This document shows, piece by piece, positions 21,107-32,000 of a stretch of 32,000 nt of DNA. The position numbers and the translations under genes were made by a program. Positions within the stretch are counted from its first letter, which is position 1. Each line of letters starts with the position of its first letter. Origin of the DNA: Wallemia ichthyophaga EXF-994 (lineage: Eukaryota > Fungi > Basidiomycota); NCBI RefSeq assembly GCF_000400465.1, contig NW_008806279.1, positions 84,097 through 116,096 of the forward strand, in the 5' to 3' direction. The notes under the pieces were generated by a model. It did no database searches. It was not told the origin of the DNA and saw only the letters and a list, made by a program, of their open reading frames with translations.

Positions 21107-22737
21107 TTAAACATGCCTCTTGTCAGATACATCGCTGTCAGATTGTCTCACGTCACTCTGCCTCATTGCTACTGTTGCATTGAGCCCAGTCACCGATGGA
21201 TCCCTGATACTAGTATATTTCCACAAAAGGGCTCCAGCTATCGAAGCAAATGCATACGCAGCTCCCGCCTTGTACCCGATCCTGTAATTCGGTGCCTCAG
21301 ACGCTGGGTAAAAGAATATATTCTGAAACGAATCAATTGCGTTGACGAGCGTGACAGCTAGACCAATGTATATTGTCCGCAACTCCGTGTTTTGCTTGCC
21401 GATTAAATCACTCATCCACGCAATAATCAATGGTCCACCGCAATTAGAGAGGTAGAGGAAAAAGTACGCGAACATCTTTAGTCCAAAGTTAGCTGGCCAT
21501 GTTGACAGGATGATCGTACCGACGAAAATGGTGAGTTGTTGGATAACAATATACCGACAGCGGCGCTGCTGTTTGTCTGACAGATAAGCCCATAGCATCA
21601 TAAACACAATCTGAAGCACATACCCGCCTATTGGTATGGATGTGAGCTGATTGTTGGTGAAACGCTTGCTACCGTCACTATTCGTGACCGACTTGAGAAA
21701 TAATGTAAACCACGTGTTTGCGTCTTGTGACCAACTCCAGAATGCATATGTAAGTGTAAATGCGTACGTTATCCAGCTAGTCACGCCCTTCCTGATCAAG
21801 ATGAAAAATTGTTGGAATGTGAGTTTGATCGGTTTGCGATATCCAGTGCGTGTGAATCTCTCCTCAGCTATTTCGCGCATGTTATTCGTCATCCATATTG
21901 CATGTGAGCTTTGCAGTGCGTCGGGTATCTGATTTGTGTGAGGAAGAGAGCTCAACAGCGCGACATTGCACGTTGATAGACACTCACAAGGAAAAATCCA
22001 GAAATTGCTATGATGACAGTGATGATGCCATTCCAAATAAACCTATAGGTTTGTCAGTCGTCGTATCGGAAAGCGTGCAAACCCACAGCCATCTCCAACC
22101 TTCCAAACCCTGCACACCATCCATACCCTCATTGATAGCTATTTGGAGACTACTAGTGAATATATTTGCTAGCGGGTACGAGGTCCCGAATATGCTGAGT
22201 CGTTTAGCGAGTTCTTTGGATTTGTACCAGTAGACGATCAGAGACATAAGACCGGCATAGCTGCTGGCTTCACATAGACCGATCAAGAAACGCAGTCCGT
22301 AGATAGTTTTGGCGTCGTTGGCTACAGCTATCAAAGCTGTAGCTATACCCCATATCAACTCGAGACCAGGGATCCAGTAAGACACTCGGATGATACTCGA
22401 TGCTAGCACAGCTTCTGATATCGGTATGAACACACTATAGCCTATTCTGTAGAAGGTGTTGAAGTAGTTGAGCTCGTTTCCGTATAAACTGGGTGAAGAT
22501 GTGAGATTATGGCGGGGTGAAAGTTAGGCGTAGGCATCAAAACCATACTCACCCAAGATCCTCTTTCATACCATTGACATATGCCGTCTTGTAATTTGAC
22601 GAATCAATTTGCTTGCATAGATAGCTTAGATAAGCCCAAGTGAGGAAATACACGTCGAGGCGAGTAACGAAAGCCCTGTTCTGCTTTTTCCATGCCTTCT
22701 CGCTTTCAATTGAGCTTTGCCCTGTCTCAAGCTGCAT
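21107..22737 (-). CDS. MFS anion:cation symporter family permease (pantothenate/allantoate, Fen2/Liz1-like)
   Basis: Four exons. RLD...AYVNGMKEDLGLYGNELNYF, RFLIGLCEA, WYK.KELAKR, GLEGWRWLFI..GIIT, APNY..GY. Start at 22737 is the only in-frame ATG found before an upstream stop. Confidence 0.85.
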
Positions 22738-23345
22738 GACCGTCCTCGCTACCAAGGAGGGCCTACTAAGTGGAACTGCAGACGGAGTCCGAGATAACGG
22801 TGGTACAAGTCCGAGATATCTGGTAGTTGCGTAGAGTGTTGATTATTGATTAGGTTGCTCATATTCTTGGACGCTCGTTAGTCACGATAACAGCGATGAA
22901 TCCACTGACACACCCAAATTTAGATTCAGCGATATTCTAATATGAAAACAGATAAAACAACAAACTTCGAAAACATTTAAGCCATAAACAAATTCTACTC
23001 ATAATAATCCACAAGTCGCTTCCAAACGATAAGCAGGTGAAAGTTTTGACAAGATTCTTGTAATATATAAAAGTATATGGTCTGATGCGCATTAATTTGC
23101 TGAGTAGTATGGTACCCCTGATGCACAAATTTAATCTTAATTTGCATAATTTATTCAATTTCGAAGCCCCGGCTCAACTCACCCGCGCATTGCGCTACAA
23201 CATCGAAATTGAATTTCGTCGAGGCGCGCATCAATTTAGTGCAGGATCAATTCGAACAACTGGTGATTTGATCATTTTGAATTTTTTTTTGAAATACTCG
23301 CCTCGACTCACATCCTCTCTTCATCTTGTCCACCCAACATCTGAA

Positions 23346-23819
23346 ATGTAAGTGAATATTTTCATATTTTGAGGTGGCAAAAATTAATTAAATATTTATA
23401 GGGCCAGAACTAAGCAAACAGCCCGCAAGTCCACCGGTGGTAAAGCACCACGTAAGCAGCTCGCAACCAAGGCCGCAAGAAAAACCGCCGCACCAACCCA
23501 AGCTGCAGGTGGTGTAAAGAAGCCACACCGTTACAAGCCTGGTACTGTCGCTCTTCGTGAGATCAGACGTTATCAGAAGTCGACCGAATTGCTTATCCGT
23601 AAATTGCCATTCCAACGTCTCGTAAGAGAAATTGCGCAAGATTATAAGACGGATTTGCGTTTCCAATCTTCAGCTATTGGTGCACTTCAAGAAGCTAGTG
23701 AAGCATACCTGGTCTCGCTATTCGAAGACACAAACCTTGCAGCTATCCACGCAAAGAGAGTTACAATTCAACCAAAGGATATTCAACTCGCACGCAGATT
23801 ACGTGGTGAGCGCACTTAA
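23346..23819 (+). CDS. HHT1: Histone H3 (139 aa including Met; 3-aa tail insertion)
   Basis: AT (23346-23347), intron 23348-23401, then G plus [27 protein letters not shown]...[28 protein letters not shown]...RGERT. Confidence 0.97.
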
Positions 23820-24911
23820 GCAGTTTTCCTTTTCTCAGTGTATTCTTATTGTAAATGTTGATCAATGTTTGATATAGTTCTCGATATAGCTTTTGACGTT
23901 ATTTGTGTACGCTTTTTCCGCCTTGCTGTTGTGTGCCTATTCATCCTATGAAGACTGAACGTCACTTTCGTCGATGTCTTGTCAAAATAATGGCAATTTA
24001 AAGCCATATTCCTAATGACAATAGGTTTTTCGCATCCTATTACCCGCTTGTAGCTCGCAACAACTCGTTGCCTCGATTATCTCAGCCAATGTCTTGCGAT
24101 AATTCATGGACTTGGCAATCGCGTAGAGCGCGTCATAAAAGGATTTAAATTGTAATTCATCTCTTTCTATCACTTTTGCGGCGGCCGATTCTCCATAAGC
24201 TCATTATTCACTGTTTACATCAAGACCCACAGCCTACTCAATCGTAGTTTCATTTACAGTAATGTCTAGGTTTCTGATCAAATAACATTTGCTGTACCAT
24301 AGCTTTGGTCGCTTTTAAATACTTCAACAGATTCATACCATGAAACCCATTATCGTCGCATCCGTTGTCATGGTATCGTGGTGATGTAATTGCCCTGGAT
24401 CTTGATCAAAGTGAGAGGATATATGCAGTTGTTCAGCGCTTGTTGGGCTCTTTTGCACTGTTATTGTATTTAATCTTGTATTCTTAACAGCATTGCGCCT
24501 GTTGTTGGCGGATGTGTCTCTACAGATTTCCAACAGACTTTAACCCTTTGATTGGTAGAAATTGAGTTCGAAAATTACACAAATGCTAAATTAAGATGCT
24601 GGCTTTAAGGGAGGGTATTAATCACATCTATCACCTACAGACCCAGCGCGATATGATATCAGAGACACGCATGTACTAAAGCAGACGCCACCGAGTAACA
24701 CTTGAGCACCACCATACAATGTCAATGTTGGCATTAAGGCATACTAAATCAAGATGGCACCAATTCATAACATTCTTCTATGCTTGGGTGCTGGTGCTGG
24801 TGAGCCCGACCACTCAAGAGATTTCAAATACAAAAAACCCACAAAAGCCACAAAAGACATAAAGTTTTGTTAAAATGTTCCTCGATGCGCTCTCAAACCA
24901 TAACGGTGACG

Positions 24912-27341
24912 ATGTCATTTGGGAAAGAGAACAATTATGAGCTAGACGTTAACGGCGGGAACATGAGGGTGTGTGGGGAGTGCCATTAGGCTAATAAGTC
25001 ATCTTAATACGAATCCAGTCTCATTACAAGCCTCGTGTGTCATACTATTACAGTAAAGGGATTGGTAGGTAATGCTGGACGCATAAAGCGATTATTTACA
25101 GAGACAAGGCGACTATCATTATGGAGTTAGTGCTGCCAATTCTACTCTCTCAGCTACTCACAATCACTTCCAGGAGAAGCATCCGATGAAACCTCACCGC
25201 CTAGCGCTCACAAATAGCCTTGTTTTGGGTTACGGAATGCACAAGTACATGGAAATGTACGAGCCTCAGCGAGCTACAAGAGACGAGATATGCGAATTCC
25301 ACGATCAAGACTACATTGACTTCCTGTCTAGGTAAATTTTTCAATCTCGACGCAAAACGGTCCACTCACACAAAGCAGGCTATCCTCGCCGCCTACACCG
25401 ACAATGGTGAATCTTATGAAGCAATTTAACATGACGGACGATTGTCCTGCTTTTCCGAACCTCTACGACTTCTGTCAGCAGTATGCTGGTGCCAGTCTGT
25501 TAGGAGCGCGTCATATAACATCACAGCGCTCTGATATTGCCGTTAACTGGACTGGTGGTCTCCATCGTGGGTTTTTATGTCCAAACAGTGCTCATGGCTG
25601 ATTAGACCATAGATGCACACAAGGCTGAAGCTAGTGGATTTTGCTATGTGAATGATATAGTGCTGGCTATTCTCGAGCTGCTGAGGTTGGCTCAACTTGC
25701 CCAGGTTATAAAGCCCATCTAACAATCTACAGGTTCCACCCGCGGGTGCTATACATAGACATTGATATTCACCACGGTGACGGTGTGCAGGAGGCATTCT
25801 ACAATAGCAATCGCGTCATGACAGTATCGTTCCACAAATACACAGGTGACTTCTTCCCCGGCACTGGTGCACTCGATGAGACGGGCGAGGGCGCAGGCAA
25901 GCACTTCTCCCTTAATGTCCCACTCCAGGATGGAATAGATGACTATAGCTATGTAGCACTATTCAAAAACATCATGTCTTCCTGCATAGAATCATACAGA
26001 CCATCAGCAATTCTGCTCCAATGCGGAGCAGACTCACTTGGGTGTGATCGACTCGGAGCGTTCAACCTATCGATTCGCGCACACGGAGAGTGCGTACAAT
26101 ATATAAAGAGCTGGGGTATACCGCTGATGGTCGTCGGCGGGGGTGGGTATACGATAAGGAACGTATCGCGTTGCTGGGCGTACGAGACGTCAGTGTTGTT
26201 GGACATGGGAGTCAATGACACACTGCCGCAGACAAGTTACGATGAATACTTTGCTCCGGATTACGTCCTCCATCCTCCTATCGTCACTAAGGTCGATAAT
26301 CAGAACAGCAAAGCCGGCCTCGAAAGGTTGGTGAGAGGTTGCAGGGAGCAGCTAAGGTATCTTAACGGTGCACCGAGCGTACAGATGCAAGAGATTCCTC
26401 CGGATATCGCCCGCTTCATGGACGCGGCGGAGTTGGGAGTGGACGAAAGAGATGAATTGCAGTGGGGCCAGACTGCCGCGAGTGATACGAAACATCCTGA
26501 TAGTCACGCGTCTAATAATGAATTCTTTGATGATGAAGTCGATCAGGACGCGCTGGCGCTCGAGCAGGTGAGGGGTGGTGAGCGGATTAAGATGCAGATG
26601 CAGATGCAGAGGCAGGAAAATGAGGAAATGGATGAGATGATGGGTGGTATGGTGGATGGAGAAGAGAAGGAGGATGAGCAGATAGAGAAAGTGAGGAGAG
26701 ATGAAGAGATGGTGCAGGCAGATGAGGATAGTGGTGACAAGCAAGTTGAGCAGGTTGATCAAACGTCGGAATCACAGCAAGCACAGTCAGAGCAACCGCA
26801 ACAGCAACAGCAACAGCAACAATTAGATAGACTTATCGATCAAGCAGACACAACAAGAATTGAACATACGGAACAACCACAGCAAGCTGCACAGCCAGTT
26901 GTATCATTGGGGGAACAACCAGCCGTGCAAACAATGTCTCGACCAGTTTCAGACTGGGCTGCAGAACCAATGTCTCATACCATACCACAAACAGAACCAG
27001 AACCAGTTGCACAGATGTCTTCACAACCGGCGTTGCAACCAGCTGCACAGCCAATATCAAACTCTGTTGCCCAACCAATCACACAAATAGGTGCACAACC
27101 AGATGTACACTTGAATGCTAAGCCACCTTCCCAGCCAGTAATTGACGAAACCATGGAAGGTGTGACATCTGGACAGAATGGATCAATTGCGCCGTTGATG
27201 GACAAAGAATCGACGACATCTAGTCAAGTAAAATTAGAAGACGGAGGTGAGGGCGCTGCAACTAGCAATGCCAATAGCAATGCCACTAGTAATGCCACTA
27301 GTAATGCCAACGTGATAAAGGTTAAAACAGAACCAGCTTAA
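24912..27341 (+). CDS. HOS2: Class I histone deacetylase, Hos2-type, with long acidic/Q-rich C-terminal tail
   Basis: Seven exons including a 17-nt exon (25109-25125). [22 protein letters not shown]...[34 protein letters not shown]. Start codon assignment is tentative. Confidence 0.9.
27261..27308 (+). repeat. Coding 12-bp tandem repeat x4 (TSNA/NSNA)
   Basis: ACTAGCAATGCC AATAGCAATGCC ACTAGTAATGCC ACTAGTAATGCC at the Hos2 C-terminus. Confidence 0.85.
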
Positions 27342-27373
27342 TGTAAATTATTGTATCAATGACTTCTTTGAAA

Positions 27374-28287
27374 ATGACGTCGACGCGACCAGTAGTCTTC
27401 TTTGATGTAGCTTTGGGGGAATCAGCGTTAGGAAGGATAAAGATGGAATTATTTAGTGATATTACGCCAAAGTTTGTCGATACTTATCCCAACGACTTGG
27501 TTAACATCGATATAAAGAACCGCAGAGAACTTTAGACAGCTTTGTACCGGTGAACAGAGGTGAGACAATGGAATTTTGTCGGTTATAGCTCACAAAGCTT
27601 ATAAGAGTGGGAAACGTACCACAGGGATACAAAAACAGCTCGTTTCATAGGTAGGATGATATAACAAGAATCCAAGGATATTCTAACCAGAGCTTAGAGT
27701 GTGAGTTATTCGTGATTAGCGGAGAATCGCTCACCTGAGCATACACCATACTAGTATAAAGGATTTTATGGTTCAATAAGTCTTGTGCTCATTGGATGAA
27801 AATTGGCCTGACAGACGCTGTAGAGGTGGAGATTTTATCAATGAGGATGGTACAGGCAGCTACAGTATCTATGGAGGTGCTAAATTCCAGGTGGGAAGAG
27901 TTTTGATCGGCAGAACACGCGCTATAACACGCACATAACCCACGCAGGACGAGAACTTTACAGTGAAGCACGACCAGCCAGGATTGTTGTCGATGGCAAA
28001 TTCAGGACCAAACACGAATGGATGTCAAGTGAGTTGAGAGTGATTTGTTCGTAAGCAACGACTGACCGTTATAGTTCTTCATAACGTGTAAACAGACGCC
28101 ATTCTTGGATGGGAAGCATACCGTGTTTGGCAAGGTGGTAGAGGGGATGCTCACGTTGCGTAAGATAGAGAATGTACAGACAGGTGCGAATAACAAACCA
28201 AAGTTACAAGTCAGAATAAAGCGTGGGTTTTGGTTTGATTTACATGAATATAATCTTACAAGGATTTTAGAATGTGGGGAGATGTAA
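27374..28287 (+). CDS. PPIH: Cyclophilin H (U4/U6 snRNP-associated peptidyl-prolyl isomerase), 173 aa, 9 exons
   Basis: Exons 27374-27471, 27518-27559, 27606-27650, 27698-27700, 27755-27775, 27824-27890, 27948-28028, 28075-28222, 28271-28287 sum to 522 nt. RPVVFFD...[12 protein letters not shown]...[21 protein letters not shown]...[17 protein letters not shown]...LRKIENV.TG.NNKPK...CGEM. Requires one AT-AG intron. Confidence 0.9.
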
Positions 28288-28679
28288 ATGTATATATCTT
28301 TATCATCTATTCATCTGGATTTTCCTTATTCAAGTCCTGCGTAACTTCCACAGCGGGAGTGTTTGAGCATCTATAGCAATATTAGACGCGTAAATAGCTC
28401 GCCTAAACGCGTTAAAATCACAGGACTCACACACTCAACACTCTCACCAATCTCCAGCACTGGTACTCATCAAAATGCTGTATGCAATTGAATTGACATA
28501 TTTCTTGTAAGATACATTTATTATCTTGGATATCTTTGTTGTGTGGCTGTTTAGATTTCCTTGCCCACTGTGGAATATCAGGAATATCAGGCATGTTGCT
28601 GCCAATTGACGTGGCTCGATCTCACTCCTTTCAACACTATCATCAAGAGATAAATATAAAAAAATAATAAAATCGAGAG

Positions 28680-31600
28680 ATGCCACATACGAGCATCAAA
28701 AGAACTTCAACTTTCGCTTGGTCGCCTTTCTCCAGCGATTCTACCATCGCTACTGGTACTGTCGCAGGCGCACTAGACGAGAACTTCTCAAACGACGCTC
28801 AATTGGAATTGTGGGATGTTTTCAGCGGTGAAGAGCCTCAAGTGAAGGGAAGCGTTACAACGTCGTCTAGGTGCGTTTGGTATGCCCACACAACTCACAC
28901 CTCTCACATTTAACCAGATTCAACACTCTCGGCTGGGGTAGCGTCAACTCAAGCAAACCTCAGGGTGTTATAGCCGCTGGATTAGAATCTGGGGATATTT
29001 CAATCTGGGATCCACAACTAATCGTTAATCAGCCATCCAATTCACTTTTACACTCAAATAACTCTCACTCTGGCTCAGTTAGAGGTTTAGACTTCAATTT
29101 ACTGCAATCTAACTTATTCGCTACTGGCGCTTCTCAAGGTGAAGTTTTTATTTGGGATTTGAACAACCCTTCAAAGCCATACCTTCCTGGTCCAAGATCT
29201 CAGAAGTTACAGGATATTACTTCTACCTCTTGGAATGCTCAGGTTCCTCACGTTCTCGCTACCTCTTCTGATACTGGCTACACGGTCGTTTGGGATTTGA
29301 GACACAAGAAGGAAGTCGTCGGTATTAGCTACGGTGGCGGTGCTGGTACTATGGGCGGTCCGTTCGCCAACTCAACTGCCATCACTCAACAAGGAAGACG
29401 TGGCATTAGCTCTGTTGCATGGCATCCTGATAATGTGCGTCTTTTTTCATCTTCTAATCTATCTCTTAACACCGTAAAAGGCTACTCGTCTAGTTACTGC
29501 CTCTGAAGATGATACCAGTCCTGTTATTATGCTTTGGGATCTCAGGAATGCAAGAGCTCCAGAGAAGGTCCGGTTTTCCTTTTGATTCTCAATTCCCCAC
29601 TAATTTTCATTCAGATTCTTCCTGGTCATGATAAGGGCGTTCTCTCTCTTTCTTGGTGCAGACAGGACCCTGATCTTCTCCTCTCCTCTGGTAAAGACAA
29701 CAAGACATTGGCTTGGAATCCAAACACAGGTGAAAATATTGGCGAGCTGCCATCTTCTGATAATTGGTCATTTCAAGTTGAATGGAATCACCGCAACCCT
29801 GATATATTTGCAACAGCTTCTTTCGATGGTACTGTTGGCATTCATTCCATTCAGTCACAAGCTCCTCCTCCAGAATCTATAACCGCAAATGCTCAAAGCA
29901 ATGTTGATCCAAATGACATCTTTGGCGCTGTCTCAGCTCAGCAAGAAGCAGAACAACATGCACTCAAAGCCCAACAATCTTTCTCTCTCAAACAAGCACC
30001 AAAATGGTTGCGTAGACCTACATCAGTTAGCTTCGGTTATGGTGGTAAATTGGTGACACTTAAAAACAATCTCGTCCAAATTCACCAAGTTTCAACCGAA
30101 CCCTCCATCCTTGAGCGTGCACGCTTGCTCAGCGAGGCTATTGACAGTCCAGACAGTGAATCAAAATTAATTAGCTTGTGTCAATCCCAAGCTGCCAAGA
30201 AGGGGGGTGACTCTGATACGTGGAAGGCACTCCACTCTCTCTTCGAAGCCAACTCAAGGGATCAACTTGTTCAATTACTTGGATTCAGCAAAGAGGAAGT
30301 CGCAAAGCAAGTTCAGGCTGCGATCGATGCCTTCGCTAAACCAGCAGGACAAACACCTGAATCTACACACCTCTCGTCAGTCGATACGAATGCTAGTGAT
30401 GAGCCTGAGAAAGAGTCTACTGTATCATTCGCCGAGCCAGAGCCAGAACAAGAGGCAGATGGAGAGGAAGAGGAAAAAGTTGAACCAGAAGCAGAAGCAG
30501 ATCAAAACACGCCAGCTCCAAGTGATAGCCTTTTCGGTGACAATAAGGCAGATGGCGATGATTTCTTTAGATCTGTCACCGTCGCATCAGAGACAACCCC
30601 ACAAGTGGAGAAGGTTGTTATACCACACATGACTGCTGATGAGTCTGTTGCTGCAACAATTGGCTCACCAGGTCCATCAAGTATTACTTCTGAAGCAATT
30701 AAAGCCAATACTTTCAAGATATATCCATCAGAAGAATCCGAGTCAGATCGTCTCATTACCAAGGCATTGGTATTAGGAGACTTTGACTCAGCTGTAGAAC
30801 TATGCTTGTGCACTGAGAGATACGCTGATGCTATTTTGTTGGCTGTTAAAGGCGGTGCTGAGCTGCTGGCTAAAACGCAAAAGAGCTACTTCCAACGTCA
30901 AACGATTCATCTACCATACTTACGTCTATTCCAGTCAATTGTGTCTGATGATTTGTCAGACATTGTCCAGAATGCTGATCTTGGAGAATGGCAAGAGATA
31001 TTCGTCGTCTTGTGCACATTTGCTAAGGGGGATGAATTCGGTCAATTGGCAGAACAACTCGGTCAACGTCTAGACTTCCAATACAAAATGGTCGATGATA
31101 GCGAGAAAGTGACAGCTAAGAAGTTCCGCACCAATGCTATTCTGTGTTATTTAGCAGCTGGCAAATTGGAAAGAGTTGTGAATATCTGGTCAGATGAAAT
31201 GGTTGAAGAGGAGAGAAGTGGTGCTGGTGATCAAACTTCCAAGCAATCACAACACGCTTTAGCACTCCAAAGCTTTATTGAGAAGGTCACTATTTTCCAA
31301 AAGGCAACTGGATATGTAGACCAAGATCTCAGCACTCCTACTGAATCACCAGCTGTGGCAGCATCTGGAGTAAGAGTTTACAAATTGAGCACTCTTTACG
31401 ATCGCTACCATGAATATGCGGAGCTGTTAGCATCGCAGGGATTAGTGAAAGATGCTGTTAAATATATGAATCTTACACCATCTGATTACCAGGGCACTGG
31501 GGGTGTGTCTAGCGATGCTCAGACAGCCCGTCAGAGATTACTCATTACAGCATCAGACGAGGCGCAGAGAGAGACGAGAAGAGAAGCCGAAGTGCAACAA

Positions 31601-32000
31601 CAGGCACAGTTGAAAGCTCAACAAGAGGCTCAGGCAGCTGCACAGGAGCAAATGATGGCCCAACAAGCAACTCAACCGGTTGCACAACCAACAGCACAAC
31701 CAATAGCACAACCAATAGCACAACCACAAGTGAATGCCTATGCACCAGCTGCTACTACTGCACAGCCAACCTATACATCGCCTTACACACCACAAAACAC
31801 GTCATCATACGCACCACCAGCTCAGACACAATCTCAACCTCAGCCACAAGCACCAGCACAGGCGCAGATGTACAGTCAGCCAGCGCAAGTATCTGCTACT
31901 AATGCTTACGGAGGCTATGCTCCCCCACCAACGATGCAACCTAGCGCCAGTAATCCATATGCACCAATCGTACCAGCACCAACAACAGCAGCAGCAACAG
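28680..32000 (+). CDS. SEC31: COPII outer-coat protein Sec31, 5' part (runs off the window)
   Basis: [23 protein letters not shown]40 repeats ([15 protein letters not shown]), [20 protein letters not shown]-rich region. Introns 28871-28917, 29435-29480, 29568-29614. Confidence 0.95.
31682..31729 (+). repeat. Coding 12-bp tandem repeat x4 ([12 protein letters not shown])
   Basis: GCACAACCAACA GCACAACCAATA GCACAACCAATA GCACAACCACAA in the Sec31 low-complexity region. Confidence 0.8.

Noticed and set aside
22750-22863. Out-of-frame upstream ORF and an 11-bp direct repeat (AGTCCGAGATA x2) before the MFS permease
   Set aside because: TSS unknown, no conservation evidence, and it could be chance or an unresolved first exon.
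23204-23218. Palindrome CGAAATT-G-AATTTCG upstream of H3
   Set aside because: 7-bp arms are expected about twice by chance in 32 kb; no other support.
23346-27341. Histone H3 next to a histone deacetylase as a functional cluster
   Set aside because: Only two genes, 1.1 kb apart, among unrelated housekeeping neighbours; adjacency alone is not evidence.
28386-28412. Two ACGCGT (MCB-like) hexamers upstream of SEC31
   Set aside because: The hexamer occurs at several other places in the window, and SEC31 is not an expected G1/S target.
1-32000. rRNA, tRNA, transposons, CRISPR, secondary-metabolite cluster or horizontally acquired island
   Set aside because: No signatures seen; gene content is conserved housekeeping with uniform intron style.

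Overview
Eukaryotic, very gene-dense fungal DNA (about 22 genes in 32 kb, introns mostly 40-60 nt, many intergenic gaps under 100 bp). The gene style and sequences point to a compact-genome basidiomycete such as Wallemia (inference). Hand-spliced models give mostly housekeeping genes: Fta4-like, WBP1, an RRM protein, MCP1-like, HapX, SLS1-like, MRS2, ORT1, GPN2, THO7, MTR3, RPL42, UBC6, TRZ1, PEX12, an MFS permease, histone H3, HOS2, cyclophilin H and a partial SEC31. I saw no rRNA, tRNA, transposon or CRISPR array. The oddities are in gene architecture and individual proteins. The spliceosomal cyclophilin H gene needs both a 3-nt exon that completes its catalytic Arg codon and a non-canonical AT-AG intron. 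Pex12 has lost its RING zinc ligands and looks U-box-like. A spliced but truncated PTEN fragment is missed by the ORF track. Two head-to-head gene pairs each have exactly 33 bp between start codons. Other notes: a Ubc6 with no tail anchor, an SreA-type GATA site beside the HapX start, and an H3 with an intron-split ATG and a 3-aa tail insertion. All homology calls are from recognition, not database searches.
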